A program made the translations under genes and the position numbers. This document shows, piece after piece, positions 1-11,788 of a stretch of 64,000 nt of DNA; position 1 is the first letter of the stretch, and the number at the start of each line of letters is the position of its first letter. Below the pieces are notes generated by a model. The model saw only the letters and a list, made by a program, of their open reading frames with translations. It was not told the DNA's origin and made no database searches. This DNA comes from Chloropicon primus (Eukaryota): assembly GCA_023205875.1 (NCBI GenBank), contig CP060768.1:186001-250000 (forward strand). The letters are read 5' to 3'.

Positions 1-106
1 GTGGAGATCGGCACCGGCATCACGTTCGGATCCGCCGGGATCTCCCGCCGCGAGGGTTGAAGGGCGCGGTGATCCGAGTGCGGTTCTTTCGCGGGTTCAT
101 CCGGCT
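1..106 (-). CDS. Possible exon of a gene running off the left edge (unidentified)
   Basis: A minus-strand frame is open from a ctctcag acceptor-like site near 107 to the window edge (PDEPAKEPHSDHRALQPSRREIPADPNVMPVPIS). No recognisable motif. Confidence 0.15.
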
Positions 107-752
107 GAGAGCTTGGGTAAACGACGACGCGAATCGATGCTGCTGATGCTGCTGATGACGAGTGAGTGAGACCAAAGCAGCATGTGCCCGATGGATGAAA
201 AACGGCGAAAAGAAACGATCAAAAGTATAATATTTCCCCCTGTTTTTTCTTTAGCTTGTGTAGCAAGAATTATTCTGCGTGCTCGGACGATCCGAAACCC
301 AACGCACGGGCACACGTGAGTGAGTGGAGTGAGCGAGAACAACAATCCTCCCTCGGTCTCCTCCACGGTCTCCACAAAGAGAGAGTTCGAGTTCGAGTTC
401 GAGTTTTCGGCCTAAGACGTCCCCGCGCCGAAACCATTTCAAAACCCAAAAAAAAAAAAAAGAAAGGTTTCGTGTAGATTTCGCAAAGAGACGAGGAGGA
501 GACGAGTGGAGCGACGGAGGGGCGAAGAAGAGGGCGAGGCCTCGAGGTTGGCCTGGCACACGAGCACACCGCAGGCGAGGGCGTACGCGGGGACGACGTC
601 GGCCATGGTGTGAGACAAGGAAAACATGGAACGAAGCTCCTTGTCAAGAAGAACACACACGACACGACTCGCGCGACGGCGCGGGACGCGGTTTTGCTTT
701 CTTTTTTCTTTTTGTTTTGAAAGAGAGAATCCCCTTGGCGCGGTGCGGAGGA

Positions 753-762
753 TTTAGGGTTT
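753..762. promoter_or_regulatory. Telo-box-like motif (TTTAGGGTTT) upstream of EPL1
   Basis: A single plant-type telomere motif ~110 bp before the ATG. AAACCCTA also occurs at 6502-6509 and 62261-62268 in promoter regions. Function is inferred only. Confidence 0.3.
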
Positions 763-871
763 CGTAGTGGAGACGGTGAAAATTGGGATCGAAATTGAGT
801 TGTCTAGATTCTTGTGGGAGTTTGTTCCATTGCGTAGGTGAGTTGCCTAGGGAGGGATCGGTGTTGAAATC

Positions 872-2284
872 ATGACGACGAGGACGTCTTTCCGGCCAAG
901 GCAGGTGGACATCAACCGCCTGTTGCCTTTGGTGAGAGATCTGAGGGACTTGGATACCGGAGACAGCTTCGCTTCGAGGGGAGTGACGCACGGCCACGAG
1001 GCTCTCGATGCCGAGAACGAGAAGATCCTGACGGTGAAGCAGACGAAGAAGGCCATCGCGGAGATCCCCATACCTATCGTGAACACGGTGTCTACGTACG
1101 AGGAGGACTACAGGCCGGACTTCAACAGGTTGGGGACCTACATCCGGGCGCCCGTGCAGGCCAAGCCCGGGGAGGTGATCGAGTACGACCTGGATGACGA
1201 CGACGAGGCGTGGCTGAGGGAGTTCAACCGCCCGAGGAAGGGGGAGTGGGAGGAGTCCGAGGGGCAGGTCCACCTGGAGGAGGACAAGTTCGAGCTTATG
1301 CTGAACAAGCTGGAGTTTGCTTGCGCGGAGGCCGCGGAGCGGGCGACGACGGGGGGGAACGCCTCGTCCAGCAACATGAATAACCACACGATTTATTTGC
1401 AGAGGGAGATCGCGTTTGATGCCCTGAGGACGGCAACCGGGGCCAAGTACTCAGTCCTCTCTGCGGTGTACAACTACTGGCGCCAGAAGCGGGCAAAGTG
1501 GAACAAGCCCCTGCTCAGGAGGCTCCAGGCCCCGACCTCCGCGAGCGACACGAATCCTTACAACGTGTTCAGGCCGAGGGAGAAGGCCAACAGGCCCCAG
1601 ACGAGGAGGAGGAGGGAGAACAACCTGCAGAGCTTTGAGAAGATGAAGGAGCTCAGGGTGAACATGGAGATGGCGAAGGAGCTCCTGGAGTGGGCGATGA
1701 AGAGGGAGAGGAGGAAGAGGGACTTCGTGTGCTGCCAGTGCGACTTGCAGAAGCTGAAGATAAAGCTGCACCACGATCCGAAGAGCATGCAGGAGGCCAT
1801 CGACTCGGAGGCGCTGTCGGCGGCAAAGTCGAGGTCGAGGAAGTACGCGGAGCAGGAGGCCAAGGCCAAGGAGGTGGAGCACGCTTCGCTGGCGAACTCC
1901 ATCCCCGGGATTTTCCCGCACAAGCCTCTCCTCGAGTCGTTCAGGAGCGAGGAGAAGGTCAGGAAGAAGAAGCGGAGGGACGGCGACCCGAGGAGCAAGC
2001 TGCAGCCGATCGTGGTCCCCCCCCTGCCTCCCCCGCCGGAGGTCCAGGAGGTGGAGATGCTTTTCACCAAGACCTTCGACCTGGCGGACCTTCCTTTCGC
2101 GTCCGACCTGAACCTCCCCGCGGACCTGCGCAAGGACATCTTCAGGGTGAGGGTTGGAAGGGGCGGCCGCCTCATCATGGAGAAGAAGCTGGAAGAGAGC
2201 CCGGACGGAAAGGAGGAAGACTCATCAGACTACTTTCTGAACTCCACGTACAAGATGTACCCCTTCATGCCGGGCATCTCTTGA
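872..2284 (+). CDS. EPL1: Enhancer of polycomb-like protein (NuA4/Piccolo HAT subunit)
   Basis: Intronless 470-aa ORF with the EPcA signatures SFRPRQVDINRLL, EYDLDDDDEAWL, VYNYWRQKR...PLLRRLQ and NPYNVFRPRE, plus a C-terminal RVGRGGRL motif. Confidence 0.92.
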   Translation: MTTRTSFRPRQVDINRLLPLVRDLRDLDTGDSFASRGVTHGHEALDAENEKILTVKQTKKAIAEIPIPIVNTVSTYEEDYRPDFNRLGTYIRAPVQAKPGEVIEYDLDDDDEAWLREFNRPRKGEWEESEGQVHLEEDKFELMLNKLEFACAEAAERATTGGNASSSNMNNHTIYLQREIAFDALRTATGAKYSVLSAVYNYWRQKRAKWNKPLLRRLQAPTSASDTNPYNVFRPREKANRPQTRRRRENNLQSFEKMKELRVNMEMAKELLEWAMKRERRKRDFVCCQCDLQKLKIKLHHDPKSMQEAIDSEALSAAKSRSRKYAEQEAKAKEVEHASLANSIPGIFPHKPLLESFRSEEKVRKKKRRDGDPRSKLQPIVVPPLPPPPEVQEVEMLFTKTFDLADLPFASDLNLPADLRKDIFRVRVGRGGRLIMEKKLEESPDGKEEDSSDYFLNSTYKMYPFMPGIS

Positions 2285-3129
2285 TCCTCCGGGCCAGCGT
2301 CGCAAAGCAGTAGCAGCAGTGAAACGGCGTCGCGAACGCGAACGCGTAGAGAGACAGAGACAAGATTATTAACTAGAAAACAGACGTCATTGGAGGAGCA
2401 AAGATGTGGGTTGGGCTTTCGGCTCGGCCTGGCTCTCCGGGCAAGCCAAGCGCGCGCGTGTACATAGACACGCACACAGACAGAAAGGCACGCCCACGCG
2501 CGGCGTGACCCGATAAATGAATAATAAATAAAGGCTTTGGGCAATATAAACACAACAACACTAGACTTTGATCGACCCGATCCACAAGAAAAGAAGAAGT
2601 GAGGACCTTCCCCCTCCAACCCACCAAGGGAGGTGAGGGCTCCTTGGAAAGAAAGAGCATGAGAGAAAAGAGAGACCATGCCATGCATGATGCCATCCCC
2701 CCACCCAGTCCTCCCAATCCATTCATCCGTCCTCCTCTCCTCTGATGAATCACCTCGATTGATGGACACTCTTAGCAAGTGAGGGCTCTTTGGAAAGATC
2801 AAGAGAGCAAGAGAGTAAGACACCATCATGTAAGAGATCCCTCCCTCCCTCCTCTTGCTCATTCCTCTACCCTCTATCCCCATCCCAACGCTTCCATCCA
2901 TCCTCCACCTCACATCCACTGGATCATCAAATCTTTAGCTCACGGATTCTGTGGCTCTCAGGCGACGAGCAGCCAGAGAAAAGGAGAACCTCGCGACGAC
3001 GACGAAGACGACGACGACGAAGGAGGAGGACGCGGCGACGGGGAGAGCCTGACGTCTGGACGATAACCTTGAGCTTCTTGACGACGACAAGGTTTTTCCT
3101 TTGTTTTTTTTTGGTGCGGGCCTCGAGAG

Positions 3130-4261
3130 ATGACGACGTCGCAAGCGAGTATGGGAAGTCAAATCAACACGCCGTCTCCTTCCATGCTTCTCAAGCCTTT
3201 GAAGTACAGCAAGGATGTGGTGGCAGGTGAGTGGCACGGGATCAGGCCTCACGGCTCACGCAAGTCTCTCTCCCTCCCTCCCGTTTTGCCTTCCTTTCTC
3301 TTGAGCTGGCTCTGACTCTCTCGGTCTCTCGGTCTCTGTTGTTTTTTGTTTTGTTTTGTTTTTGCTTCGCTCCTCTCTGCCCTCGTCCGCGCTCCGGCAA
3401 GGAACGTGCGGCGGCATCGTGGTCACCCTGATCGGACACCCGTTCGACACGCTCAAGGTGAGGCTCCAGGCGCAGTCGATAGCGAACCCGGTGTACAGTG
3501 GCGTGGTGGATTGCTTCAAGCAGACGGTCAGCAAGGAGGGAGTCAGGGGGCTTTACAAGGGCATGTCGTCCCCTCTTGCGGGCCAGATGGCGTTCAGGGC
3601 ATCCCTCTTCACGGCGTTCGCTCAGTCCAAGAAGTTTTTGGCCGGCCAGCAGGAGGGGGGGCTCACCCAGCCCCAGTTCTTCATCGCGGGAGGAATGACG
3701 GGAGCGGTCATCTCCTTCACGGAGGGCCCGGTCGACTTTTACAAGTCCCAGATGCAGGTTCAAGCCATCAAGGCCGCGGAGAACCCCGGCACCCTGAAGC
3801 AGCCCAGCATGGTCGAGACCGTGAGGAGCTCCATCAGGCACAACGGGATCAGGGGCCCCTTCCAGGGCGTCGGGGCGACCATGCTGAGGAACATCCCCGC
3901 CAACGCCGTCTACTTGGGAAGTTTCGAGTACTTCAAGTCCCTAACGTGCGAGAAGTACAGCTGCAAGCCGAGCGACCTCTCCGTCCCTGCCTTGTTCAGC
4001 ATGGGCGGCCTGGCGGGCTCGCTGTACTGGGCCCTCCTCTTCCCCGCGGACGTCGTCAAGTCCAGGATGCAGTCGGACTCCATCGTCAAGTCGGAGAGGA
4101 CGTACAAGACGATTCCCGGCACCATCAAGAGCTTGTACAGGCAGGGAGGAATCAAAGTGTTCTACAGGGGCTTCCTGCCGTGCATGATGAGGTCGACGCC
4201 GGCCAACGGGATCATGCTGATGACCGTGGACAAGGTCAGGAACTACATCGACGGCCTCTAA
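3130..4261 (+). CDS. Mitochondrial carrier family protein (carnitine/acylcarnitine or basic amino acid carrier-like); join(3130..3226,3402..4261)
   Basis: Three Px[DE]xx[KR] signatures (PFDTLK, PVDFYK, PADVVK). A GTGAGT donor at 3227 and an AG ending at 3401 give the in-frame junction KDVVAG|TCGG. Confidence 0.9.
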
Positions 4262-4798
4262 CTAAGTGGAGGGTGAGGACGAGGACGACGGTTTACGATG
4301 TGTGTGTGTGTGTGAGTGAGCGATCGAGCGGACTCTGAAAGAATTCAAGGGAAAGAAGAAGCTAGCGGTCGTTGGTGGACCGCAAAGTGAAAAATTTTGA
4401 CACACCTGCAGTTACCGAAGCGCGCGCGGAGAAGAGAGAATTTGTTTGTGTGTAATGTAATTGAATTGAAAGTAGTTTATTAGATCATCATCTTCTTGTT
4501 CTCCTTCTTCTCTGGCACCGCACAGGGAGCCAGAGGTGTTGTTTTTTGGCTTGGGTGGGTTCGTGGTACTCATTGTACATGAAAGTGTGTGAATTATTCT
4601 AGCTTTTTTCAAGTGAGGCTGCCGCGCCCCGAACGTGCTGCTGCTGCTACCTCTTCTTCTTCTTCTTCTTCTTGTTGTGTGTATGTAGGCGCGCGGGTGT
4701 CCGTCGGGCGCGCGCCCAAATTTTACCATAAAACGAAAGAAAAAGTCGGACTCTCCAGTTTCGTCCCCTTCCTTCTTCGGGGGTGGGGTGGGGGCTAT

Positions 4799-6097
4799 TT
4801 ACAAAAACTTCTGCTCCTTGAGGCCGTCCTCGAAGGCGGTGATGACAGACTCGACGTTCCTAGGAGTGCAGTTGTATCCCATGAGTCCGATTCTGAAGAC
4901 CTTGCCCGCGGTTCCTCCGAGGCCGCCGGAGATCTCCAAGTTGAACTTGTCGTACGCGTTGGCGATCACCCTTCCGGCGTCCAAGCCCTCTGGGATCTCG
5001 ATGCAGTTCACGGTGGAGAGCCTGTCGGCGGGGTCCTTGACGAACGGCTTGAGCCCGAGCTTGTCGAGTCCCTCCCACAGCTGGTAGTGGGCGTTCAAGT
5101 GCCTGTTCCACGAGTTCTGGAGCCCCTCCTCGGAGACGATCTGCAGGGCCTCCCTCATGGCGAACATGATGTTAATCGGCGGGGTGTGGTGGTAGGGCCT
5201 CTTGTCGCCGTTGAAGCCCCACTGCTTTCCGACCTCCGTGACGTCGAAGCTGAAGATGTCCGGCTTCGTCTTCCTGCTCATGACCTTCTCCATGGCCCTC
5301 TCGCTGTACGTCATGGGGGACAGGCCCGGGGGGCACCCGATGCACTTCTGGGCTCCAGAGTACACCAGGTCGATGCCCCAGGCGTCGGTGAAGAAGGGCT
5401 CCCCCACGAGGGTGCACACGGTGTCCACCACGAGGAGGGTGCCGTTCTTCTTGCAGAGCTCCCCGACTCCGTCGAGGTTCTGCTTGGTGCCGCTGGAGGA
5501 CTCTCCGTGGCACAGGAACAGGACGGCTGGCTTCTCCTCCTCGAGGACCTTGGCGATCTCCTCGTAGGACGGGGTGAGCCCGGCCTCCTTCCTGAGCTGG
5601 ACGACCTCAGCTCCGTGCCTGAGGCACTTCTCGGTGAACCTCTCGCCCCAGATTCCGGAGACGGACACGACCGCCTTCTCGCCCGGCTCGAGCAGGTTGG
5701 ACACCGCGGCGTCCATCGCCGCCCCGCCGCTGGCGCTCAGCCCGAACGTCGCCTTGTTCTCCGTCTGCAGGATGTACTTGAGCCCGGTCTGGATCTCGTC
5801 CATCAGGGGGAACATGGGGGCGTGCATGTGTCCCAGCAGGGCCTTGGACATGGCGTCGTTGGCCCTGGGGTAGGGGTTGGAAGGTCCCGGGCCCATCATC
5901 AAAGGCTCCGGGATCTCAAAGTGGCACTTGTCCAGCTTGTTGGCGTCGCTCACGGGGGCGTCGATCACGACCTCCGCGGCCATGGCGCTCGAAGCCGCCG
6001 AAGAGCTGTACGACGCGGCAGCAGCCTGGGTGAGGAGCTTGCTCCTCAAGTTGTTCGTGGCCCTTGCGGCCGCGTTCGCCATCGTCATCGTCACCAT
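4799..6097 (-). CDS. AGT: Alanine/serine-glyoxylate aminotransferase (class V PLP enzyme) with an N-terminal presequence
   Basis: Motifs LMMGPGPSN, HGESSSG, LVVDTV, YSGAQKCIGCPPG (PLP Lys), YHHTPP and GGLG...FRIGLMGYN. The N-terminus is Ala/Ser/Arg-rich. Confidence 0.92.
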   Translation of the reverse strand: MVTMTMANAAARATNNLRSKLLTQAAAASYSSSAASSAMAAEVVIDAPVSDANKLDKCHFEIPEPLMMGPGPSNPYPRANDAMSKALLGHMHAPMFPLMDEIQTGLKYILQTENKATFGLSASGGAAMDAAVSNLLEPGEKAVVSVSGIWGERFTEKCLRHGAEVVQLRKEAGLTPSYEEIAKVLEEEKPAVLFLCHGESSSGTKQNLDGVGELCKKNGTLLVVDTVCTLVGEPFFTDAWGIDLVYSGAQKCIGCPPGLSPMTYSERAMEKVMSRKTKPDIFSFDVTEVGKQWGFNGDKRPYHHTPPINIMFAMREALQIVSEEGLQNSWNRHLNAHYQLWEGLDKLGLKPFVKDPADRLSTVNCIEIPEGLDAGRVIANAYDKFNLEISGGLGGTAGKVFRIGLMGYNCTPRNVESVITAFEDGLKEQKFL

Positions 6098-7177
6098 CTC
6101 TCGAAGAAGAACAAAAAGGTGTTGAAGAAGTCAAGAAACCTTTTCCTGCTGCGAGAGAAGAAGAAGAAGACGATGAGGAAGAAGAAGAAGAGGAGGAGGA
6201 TGTTGGATCGCGTGGGTCAGTCAAAAGTCAGAACAGCACAGAACAGAACAGAACATCCTTCCCCTCAAGCGCTTGCGCTTGGAGAAAGAAGAAAGAAAGA
6301 AGAAAAAGGAGAGAGCCGGGAGGAGGAGGAGGAGGAGGAGGAGGAGGAGGAAGAGTTCCTCTCCATGCTGATGATGATGTTACTGTCTTGGGTCCGGTCC
6401 CGTACCTCGTCGTCGTCGCGTCGTTCCCTTGTGTGCTGCTGGTGTTCTGTCCCCTTTCGTGATTCAGCCGATGTGAGCCCCAGGTTCTTTATCTCCATGG
6501 AAAACCCTATCTAAACTCCCCACCACAAAACACGAAAAAAAAAAGAAAAAAGAAAAAAAACAAATCCCTCGAGAACTCACTGGAGCCGTTCATTTCAAGC
6601 AGGGTAGATTTCCCCATGGTAGCTTTTGCGAGGAACGCGGGGTCTTCGACGTAACACGTCAGCAGGGTGACGTGTGAAATTAACGTCAAAAAGAGAACAA
6701 CAAAAGCGAGAGTAGGAAGTCCGCTTTGGAGAATGCGAGAGACGAAACGCGAGACCTTCGGAAAAAACGTCGAGGACCGAATGGTACGATCGGAGTGTAA
6801 ATAGGTACACCTTGAAAAAAACCCAAAATTTTTTTTTTTTTTTTTTTTTTCACAAAGTCCTCGAAGGCGGTCGGGGAAGAGGGTAAGAAGAGAGCGCACC
6901 TTTCATCACAATGTACTCCTCCTCGCGGTCCTCGAGTCCATCCGTTGTCGAGACCAAGGCAAATTTTGCGTCTTCCTCTTTCGATCGATACTTCACTCGA
7001 CCCATTTGTCCTTCATTTGGACAACCCAATCGACTGACGAAGGTGGATCCCCGTCTCTCTTCTCTTTTTTTTTTTTCTTTCTTCCATGATCATCGCTGCT
7101 ACGGTCCATCCTAGGACGACGATCGATCGACGATCCAAGGCACTCGTCAGTCCGATCTCTTTCTCTCGACGACGACA

Positions 7178-8881
7178 ATGAGGAGGTTGTTCGCTTCGGC
7201 TTCGGCCCTCCTCCTCTCGCTGTTGCTGATCATGGTCCTGCTCGCGGACCCCATCGTCGCCGCCGACCCCGTCGTCGAAGGCCAAGCGAGGGACACGCTT
7301 GTGATCCTGGAGGACTCGTTAGGCTCGATGGAGTCGACGCACGGCGCGTTTCTCCGGCTCCTCCGCGAGAGGGCGGAGGGTTACGGCGGGAGGGTCACCC
7401 TGAAGCACCACGAGTCCATCGCGGCCAAGGGTTCAGGGTTCGCGCTCAGGAGGTGGGGCAGGTGGACCCACGACTCGGTGGTGGTGCTGGCGCCGAGCCT
7501 GACGAGCATCGGGGGGGAGAAGGCGTCGGAGGTGCTCGGGGACTTCGTGGAGAGCGGAAGGAGCGCGTTCTTGGTCGGGTCGCCGACCATGTCCGGGGAA
7601 GTGAGGGACCTGGCCAAGAGGTTCGGGGTGGCCTTCCACGACGGGAGCGCCAAGGCCCTGGACCTGTTCGAGAACCGAGGGGGGGACGGGGAGGTGATAA
7701 GGGCGACGAACTACGGGGGGCTGGGGGACACCAGCAGCGTCCTGCGAGCGGGGACCAAGTCGAAGCCCCTCCTGTGGAGCGGGGTCGGGGCGTACCTCGA
7801 CCCGAGGAACCCCCTCGCCTCCCAGGCGGTCGCCGGCCACTCCACCACGTTCTGCCCCACCAAGAAGGGGTTCGTGAGCAAGAAGAAGGGCCTGAGGAAG
7901 TTCACGGGGACGGACGTCTCCCTCGTGTCCGTCGTGCAGGCCAGGAACAACGCGAGGGTCGTCGTCACGGGGTCCCTCAGCATGCTCTCGGACGAGTTCA
8001 TGGCCGACGGGGAGACCTCGAACCGCGAGCTCAGCGTCGACGTGACCGACTGGGTCCTGGGCTACAAGTCCGTCCTGAGACACGGCAGGATCGAGCACTC
8101 TCTCCTGGAGGGGATGGGGGAGAGGGGCGAGACGAAGGACAGGTACAGGATCAAGGACAAGCTCGCGGTGTCCATGAAGGTGGAGGAGTGGAGCGCCGCG
8201 AAGCAGGAGTGGCTCCCCTTCGAGGGCGAGGACCTCCAGCTCGAGTTCACCATGCTCGACCCCCACCTCAGGAAGACCTTCTCCAAAGACGCCGAGGTGA
8301 GTTACTGCTGCTGCTGGCAATACTGCTCTTTTACGACATTCATTACCCCCACCACCACCACCGAAAACAACAACAAAGCAACGTTCGAAGCCTCATTCAG
8401 AGTATCCAATTTTGTGCTGTTTGCGGTCATGGCGTGTGCGAAAGAAAAACCCAACGTGGATTCGCCGCCTGCGGTCTTGTGACGTCGACATAGTACCGCA
8501 CCAACCGGCGGAAAGAAAGAATCCGACACACCACACCACCCTCCTGTCCAACTCGAAAGCATTCGCTTCTCCGCATTCGCCGGAAGACTGACACGCGTGC
8601 CTCTCTTTCTTCTTCTCAATCCACCACCACCACACAACAACAAGGGAACCTTCGTGGCGGAGGTGGTCGCGCCGGACGTGTACGGGGTCTTCAAATTCGT
8701 CGTGGATTACAATTCCCTCGGGTATTCTTACATTCACGTGGAGGAGCAAGTGCCCATCCGCCCCTTCAGGCACGACGAGTACGAGCGCTTCATCGCGGCA
8801 GCTTATCCTTACTACGCTTCCATCTTTAGCACGATGGCCGCGTTCTTCCTCTTTGGGTTCTCTGTCCTGTACACAAAATGA
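7178..8881 (+). CDS. OST48: Oligosaccharyltransferase 48-kDa subunit; join(7178..8296,8645..8881)
   Basis: Signal peptide; QARNNARVVVTGSL, YRIKD, LQLEFTMLDP, PDVYGVFKFVVDY, RPFRHDEYERFI and a C-terminal TM helix. Phase-0 intron 8297..8644 (GTGAGT...CAAG). Confidence 0.93.
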
Positions 8882-8998
8882 TTGCCGTAAACCAATTGGA
8901 TTGTATCGTCCGTAAACACGAACGGGCAAACTTTTGTGATTGTGATCAATAATAATAAACATAAAACAATACAACCACGCCCTCATTCATTCATTCAT

Positions 8999-11344
8999 TC
9001 ATGGATTCATCGGCTCGATCTCGTAACGGGCGGCCACCTCGGGCACGACCTTCGGGAGGTGCTCGATCGTCTTCAGGTTGAAGGTCATCAGGTCAAACGC
9101 GACGCAGGTCGTGGTCGAGAAGCTCTCGTCGACGACGGGGACCTTTGGGTACCTCTGGCTGAAGTGGGTCAGGATCGTTCGGTAAGCCCCCGCCTTCGCC
9201 CCGCTCTCAATGGCCTCCTTGGTCAAGCTGTGCTTCTTCGCCAGGGCCTCCTCCAGGAGCCCATTCTCGAACGTGGCCTCGTGGATGAAGATCGTCGAGC
9301 CGGCGGCGGCCTTGATGAAAGCCTCGTGGGGCCTCGTGTCCCCGGAGAACGACAGCTTCCACCCGCTCTTGCCCTCCAGGACGACGCCAAAGGCGTTGTA
9401 GCACGAGTGGTTCACCTCCACGCTCCTGAGCGAGGCGATGCCGAGCTGCTCCAGCCGGTCCGACAGCAGGGCCGGCAACGCTTTGCCCTCGGTGGTCTGG
9501 CTGCAGTCGATGAACTCGATGGGGATGTACTCAATCTTGGAGTACGTGCTGAGCACCCGCCTGAGCTGCCTCGGGCCCACGATGACTAGGGGGTCCTTGG
9601 CCACCTTGCTCCTCATCCTCAAGAGCGAGGGGAGCCCCGAATGGTGGTCCGCGTGGATGTGGGACACCCAAACAACTTTTAGGTTGGCCAAAACCTCGTC
9701 GAACCTTGCCTTCCCGTACCTGCGCGTGAGCTGGCCGCACACGCCCTCTCCGCTGTCCAGCAAGATCCCTCCGCTCTCGGACAGCTGACAGTAGATCCCG
9801 CTCAAGTTCCTGTACTTGGACGGCACCGCCGCGCCTGATCCGCAGAAGGTCACCTCCAAATCTCCCGCGGATGCCTCGGAGACACACGAGGGCTTCTCCA
9901 CCTCGTGCCTCCTTATAACGTTCGCCACCAGGTTTTGCTTCTTCTCCTCCGCGCCGTCGGCCGTTGTGGTGACCGCGTCGTCCTTCTCCTTCTCGAGGCC
10001 CTGCTGCTTCCCTTCCATGGTCTCGGACTCGTCAGGACCGTATCTCGACATCGGCCTCAGGTGGTACTTGAGGAGGTTAGTCCCGTCGATCGCCTGCTCT
10101 CCGAGCCCGCCGAGGTCGGCCCCAGCGGAAGCGGAGTCCCTCCCGGCGTTCTGGTGCCGGGGGAAGAATTCCGGAAACAGCTCGTGGAGCTCCGTCTGCA
10201 GTCTGACCGCCGAGCTGAAGATGGACTGCTTCTCGCTGCCGTTGTGGTGCACCATGACGTGCCCCGTGCCCGCTGGCCACCTCCCCAGGAACGAGGTGAA
10301 TTCCTCGGAGCGCAGGACCTCCAGGGGGGACAAGTGAACCATAACCAGCCTCTTCCCTTCCTTGTCCCTTTGTTCCTTGGCGTACTTCTCCACGACGCCC
10401 TTGGACTCCAGGCAACGAAGGTGGTCCACCGTGGGCAGGTCCAAGATGATGGCGGTGGGCCCAGGGATCGACGGCTCCATCACTTCGCCGGGGGCCACGT
10501 ACTTGCCAAAGGTGTTCATCACGCTCTCTCCCCTGCAGAGTTTTCCGAAGGCAGGGCCTTTTGGCACGCCGAGCTCCATGGCCTTGTGCGGCAAGAACTT
10601 GCCGGGAATATCGCACAAGTCTATCATGTAGACGCTCACGGCGACCTGCTTGTCAACACTATTGTTTCGGCGAGACAAGCACGCCTCCTCTTCCAACCGA
10701 GGCCTCTTCCCAGGCTGCAAGTCGCTGTCCTCAACCTCGAGGACGACCGAGGATATTTCAACCGCTTCGTTTTTCACCAGAGTGTGGTACCTGGCGCCGG
10801 CCCCGGCCGCGCTCTCCTTCTCTCGCAGGCTCGCCCCCGAGGCGGCGACCGGCGCGTCCCCCTCCCCGATCTCCTTCACACCAAGCCTGATGTCCCTGAT
10901 ATTGATGTACGTCCTGAGACAGTTCGTGAAGTCTTTCATGCCCTTGGGGCCGAACACGCTGAGGAAGCTTCGGCCGTCTGCTGTGCCCCCTGCTGCAGGT
11001 TTTTTGTTCGACCCAGGGCCAGCGTCCGCGCCGCTCCTCTTGTCATGATCGCCGTGGATCTTGTCCGCCAGGGTCAGAAGCGTCCCTGGGAGACCCCCAG
11101 CAGCCTCCGTCGTCGTCCTCGTGAGGAAGATCCCATCAATCCTCGCCGCCTTTATCCTGTTCTCCAGCGAGAACTTCTGAAAACCTTCCCCGATATTGAA
11201 CAAGTATCTCTCATTATCGAAGAACAGCAACACAGACGGCAGGGTGTCGAGCGTATCGCATCCGAGGCCGAGAACTTGCAAGTAGCAGCTCTGATTCCTC
11301 TGGTTCCCACCACCACCACCGCCTCCCTTGTCCTTCTTCCCCAT
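8999..11344 (-). CDS. TRZ: tRNase Z, long form (ELAC2/TRZ1-like)
   Basis: YLFNIGEGFQ pseudo-motif, exosite GVPKGP, GSGAAVPSKYRN, SHIHADHH (HxHxDH), FSGDTRP, IHEATF and LTHFSQRYPK. Confidence 0.95.
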   Translation of the reverse strand: MGKKDKGGGGGGGNQRNQSCYLQVLGLGCDTLDTLPSVLLFFDNERYLFNIGEGFQKFSLENRIKAARIDGIFLTRTTTEAAGGLPGTLLTLADKIHGDHDKRSGADAGPGSNKKPAAGGTADGRSFLSVFGPKGMKDFTNCLRTYINIRDIRLGVKEIGEGDAPVAASGASLREKESAAGAGARYHTLVKNEAVEISSVVLEVEDSDLQPGKRPRLEEEACLSRRNNSVDKQVAVSVYMIDLCDIPGKFLPHKAMELGVPKGPAFGKLCRGESVMNTFGKYVAPGEVMEPSIPGPTAIILDLPTVDHLRCLESKGVVEKYAKEQRDKEGKRLVMVHLSPLEVLRSEEFTSFLGRWPAGTGHVMVHHNGSEKQSIFSSAVRLQTELHELFPEFFPRHQNAGRDSASAGADLGGLGEQAIDGTNLLKYHLRPMSRYGPDESETMEGKQQGLEKEKDDAVTTTADGAEEKKQNLVANVIRRHEVEKPSCVSEASAGDLEVTFCGSGAAVPSKYRNLSGIYCQLSESGGILLDSGEGVCGQLTRRYGKARFDEVLANLKVVWVSHIHADHHSGLPSLLRMRSKVAKDPLVIVGPRQLRRVLSTYSKIEYIPIEFIDCSQTTEGKALPALLSDRLEQLGIASLRSVEVNHSCYNAFGVVLEGKSGWKLSFSGDTRPHEAFIKAAAGSTIFIHEATFENGLLEEALAKKHSLTKEAIESGAKAGAYRTILTHFSQRYPKVPVVDESFSTTTCVAFDLMTFNLKTIEHLPKVVPEVAARYEIEPMNP

Positions 11345-11788
11345 ACCTCAATGCCACTGCCTCTCCCTAGGTTTTACCTCCAATGAACGATAAACGTAGC
11401 GCCTTGCACTCGTCCACGACTCTTTCGGCACAAATGGCACACCGATTTGAAGCTCGCGAGACGACTCTTCGTCTCTTTTCCCTCTCACGCCCTCTATTCG
11501 TCCCTCTCGTCTTCAAAATCCACGAGAAAGTGGTCCATCCTCCTCCTGTGACAGCCGCCCCTCTCCTCTGCTGAGAGGTACATTTATCCCAAGGACACTT
11601 TGGGGGCTGAGGCAGGGCCAAACTTGAGGCATCGCTTTACTTTGAGGCGGCATTTCGATCCAAGGACGGCCCAGGTTGGAGAAGAAGACGACAGAAGACG
11701 ATAGTTTATCTCACGGTCTTTCGATTGCACCCTCACTCGAAGGTTTTGACGCTCCAGGTGCTCGGTGAGAGGGACAGAGGGAAGGGGA

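Noticed and set aside
384..404. GTTCGA repeats as a tRNA T-loop
   Set aside because: This is a simple hexamer repeat with no cloverleaf. No tRNA or rRNA was recognised anywhere in the window.
4589..6514. 641-aa + strand ORF and similar long antisense ORFs (9905..11386, 20780..22465, 24959..27010, 52826..54484, 60524..62059)
   Set aside because: These are shadow frames opposite well-supported genes, expected from high GC3 codon bias. They are Leu/Val/Arg-rich and motif-free.
8297..8482. C-terminal part of the 7178..8482 ORF as coding
   Set aside because: It reads through a GTGAGT donor into intron sequence. The conserved OST48 C-terminus resumes at 8645.
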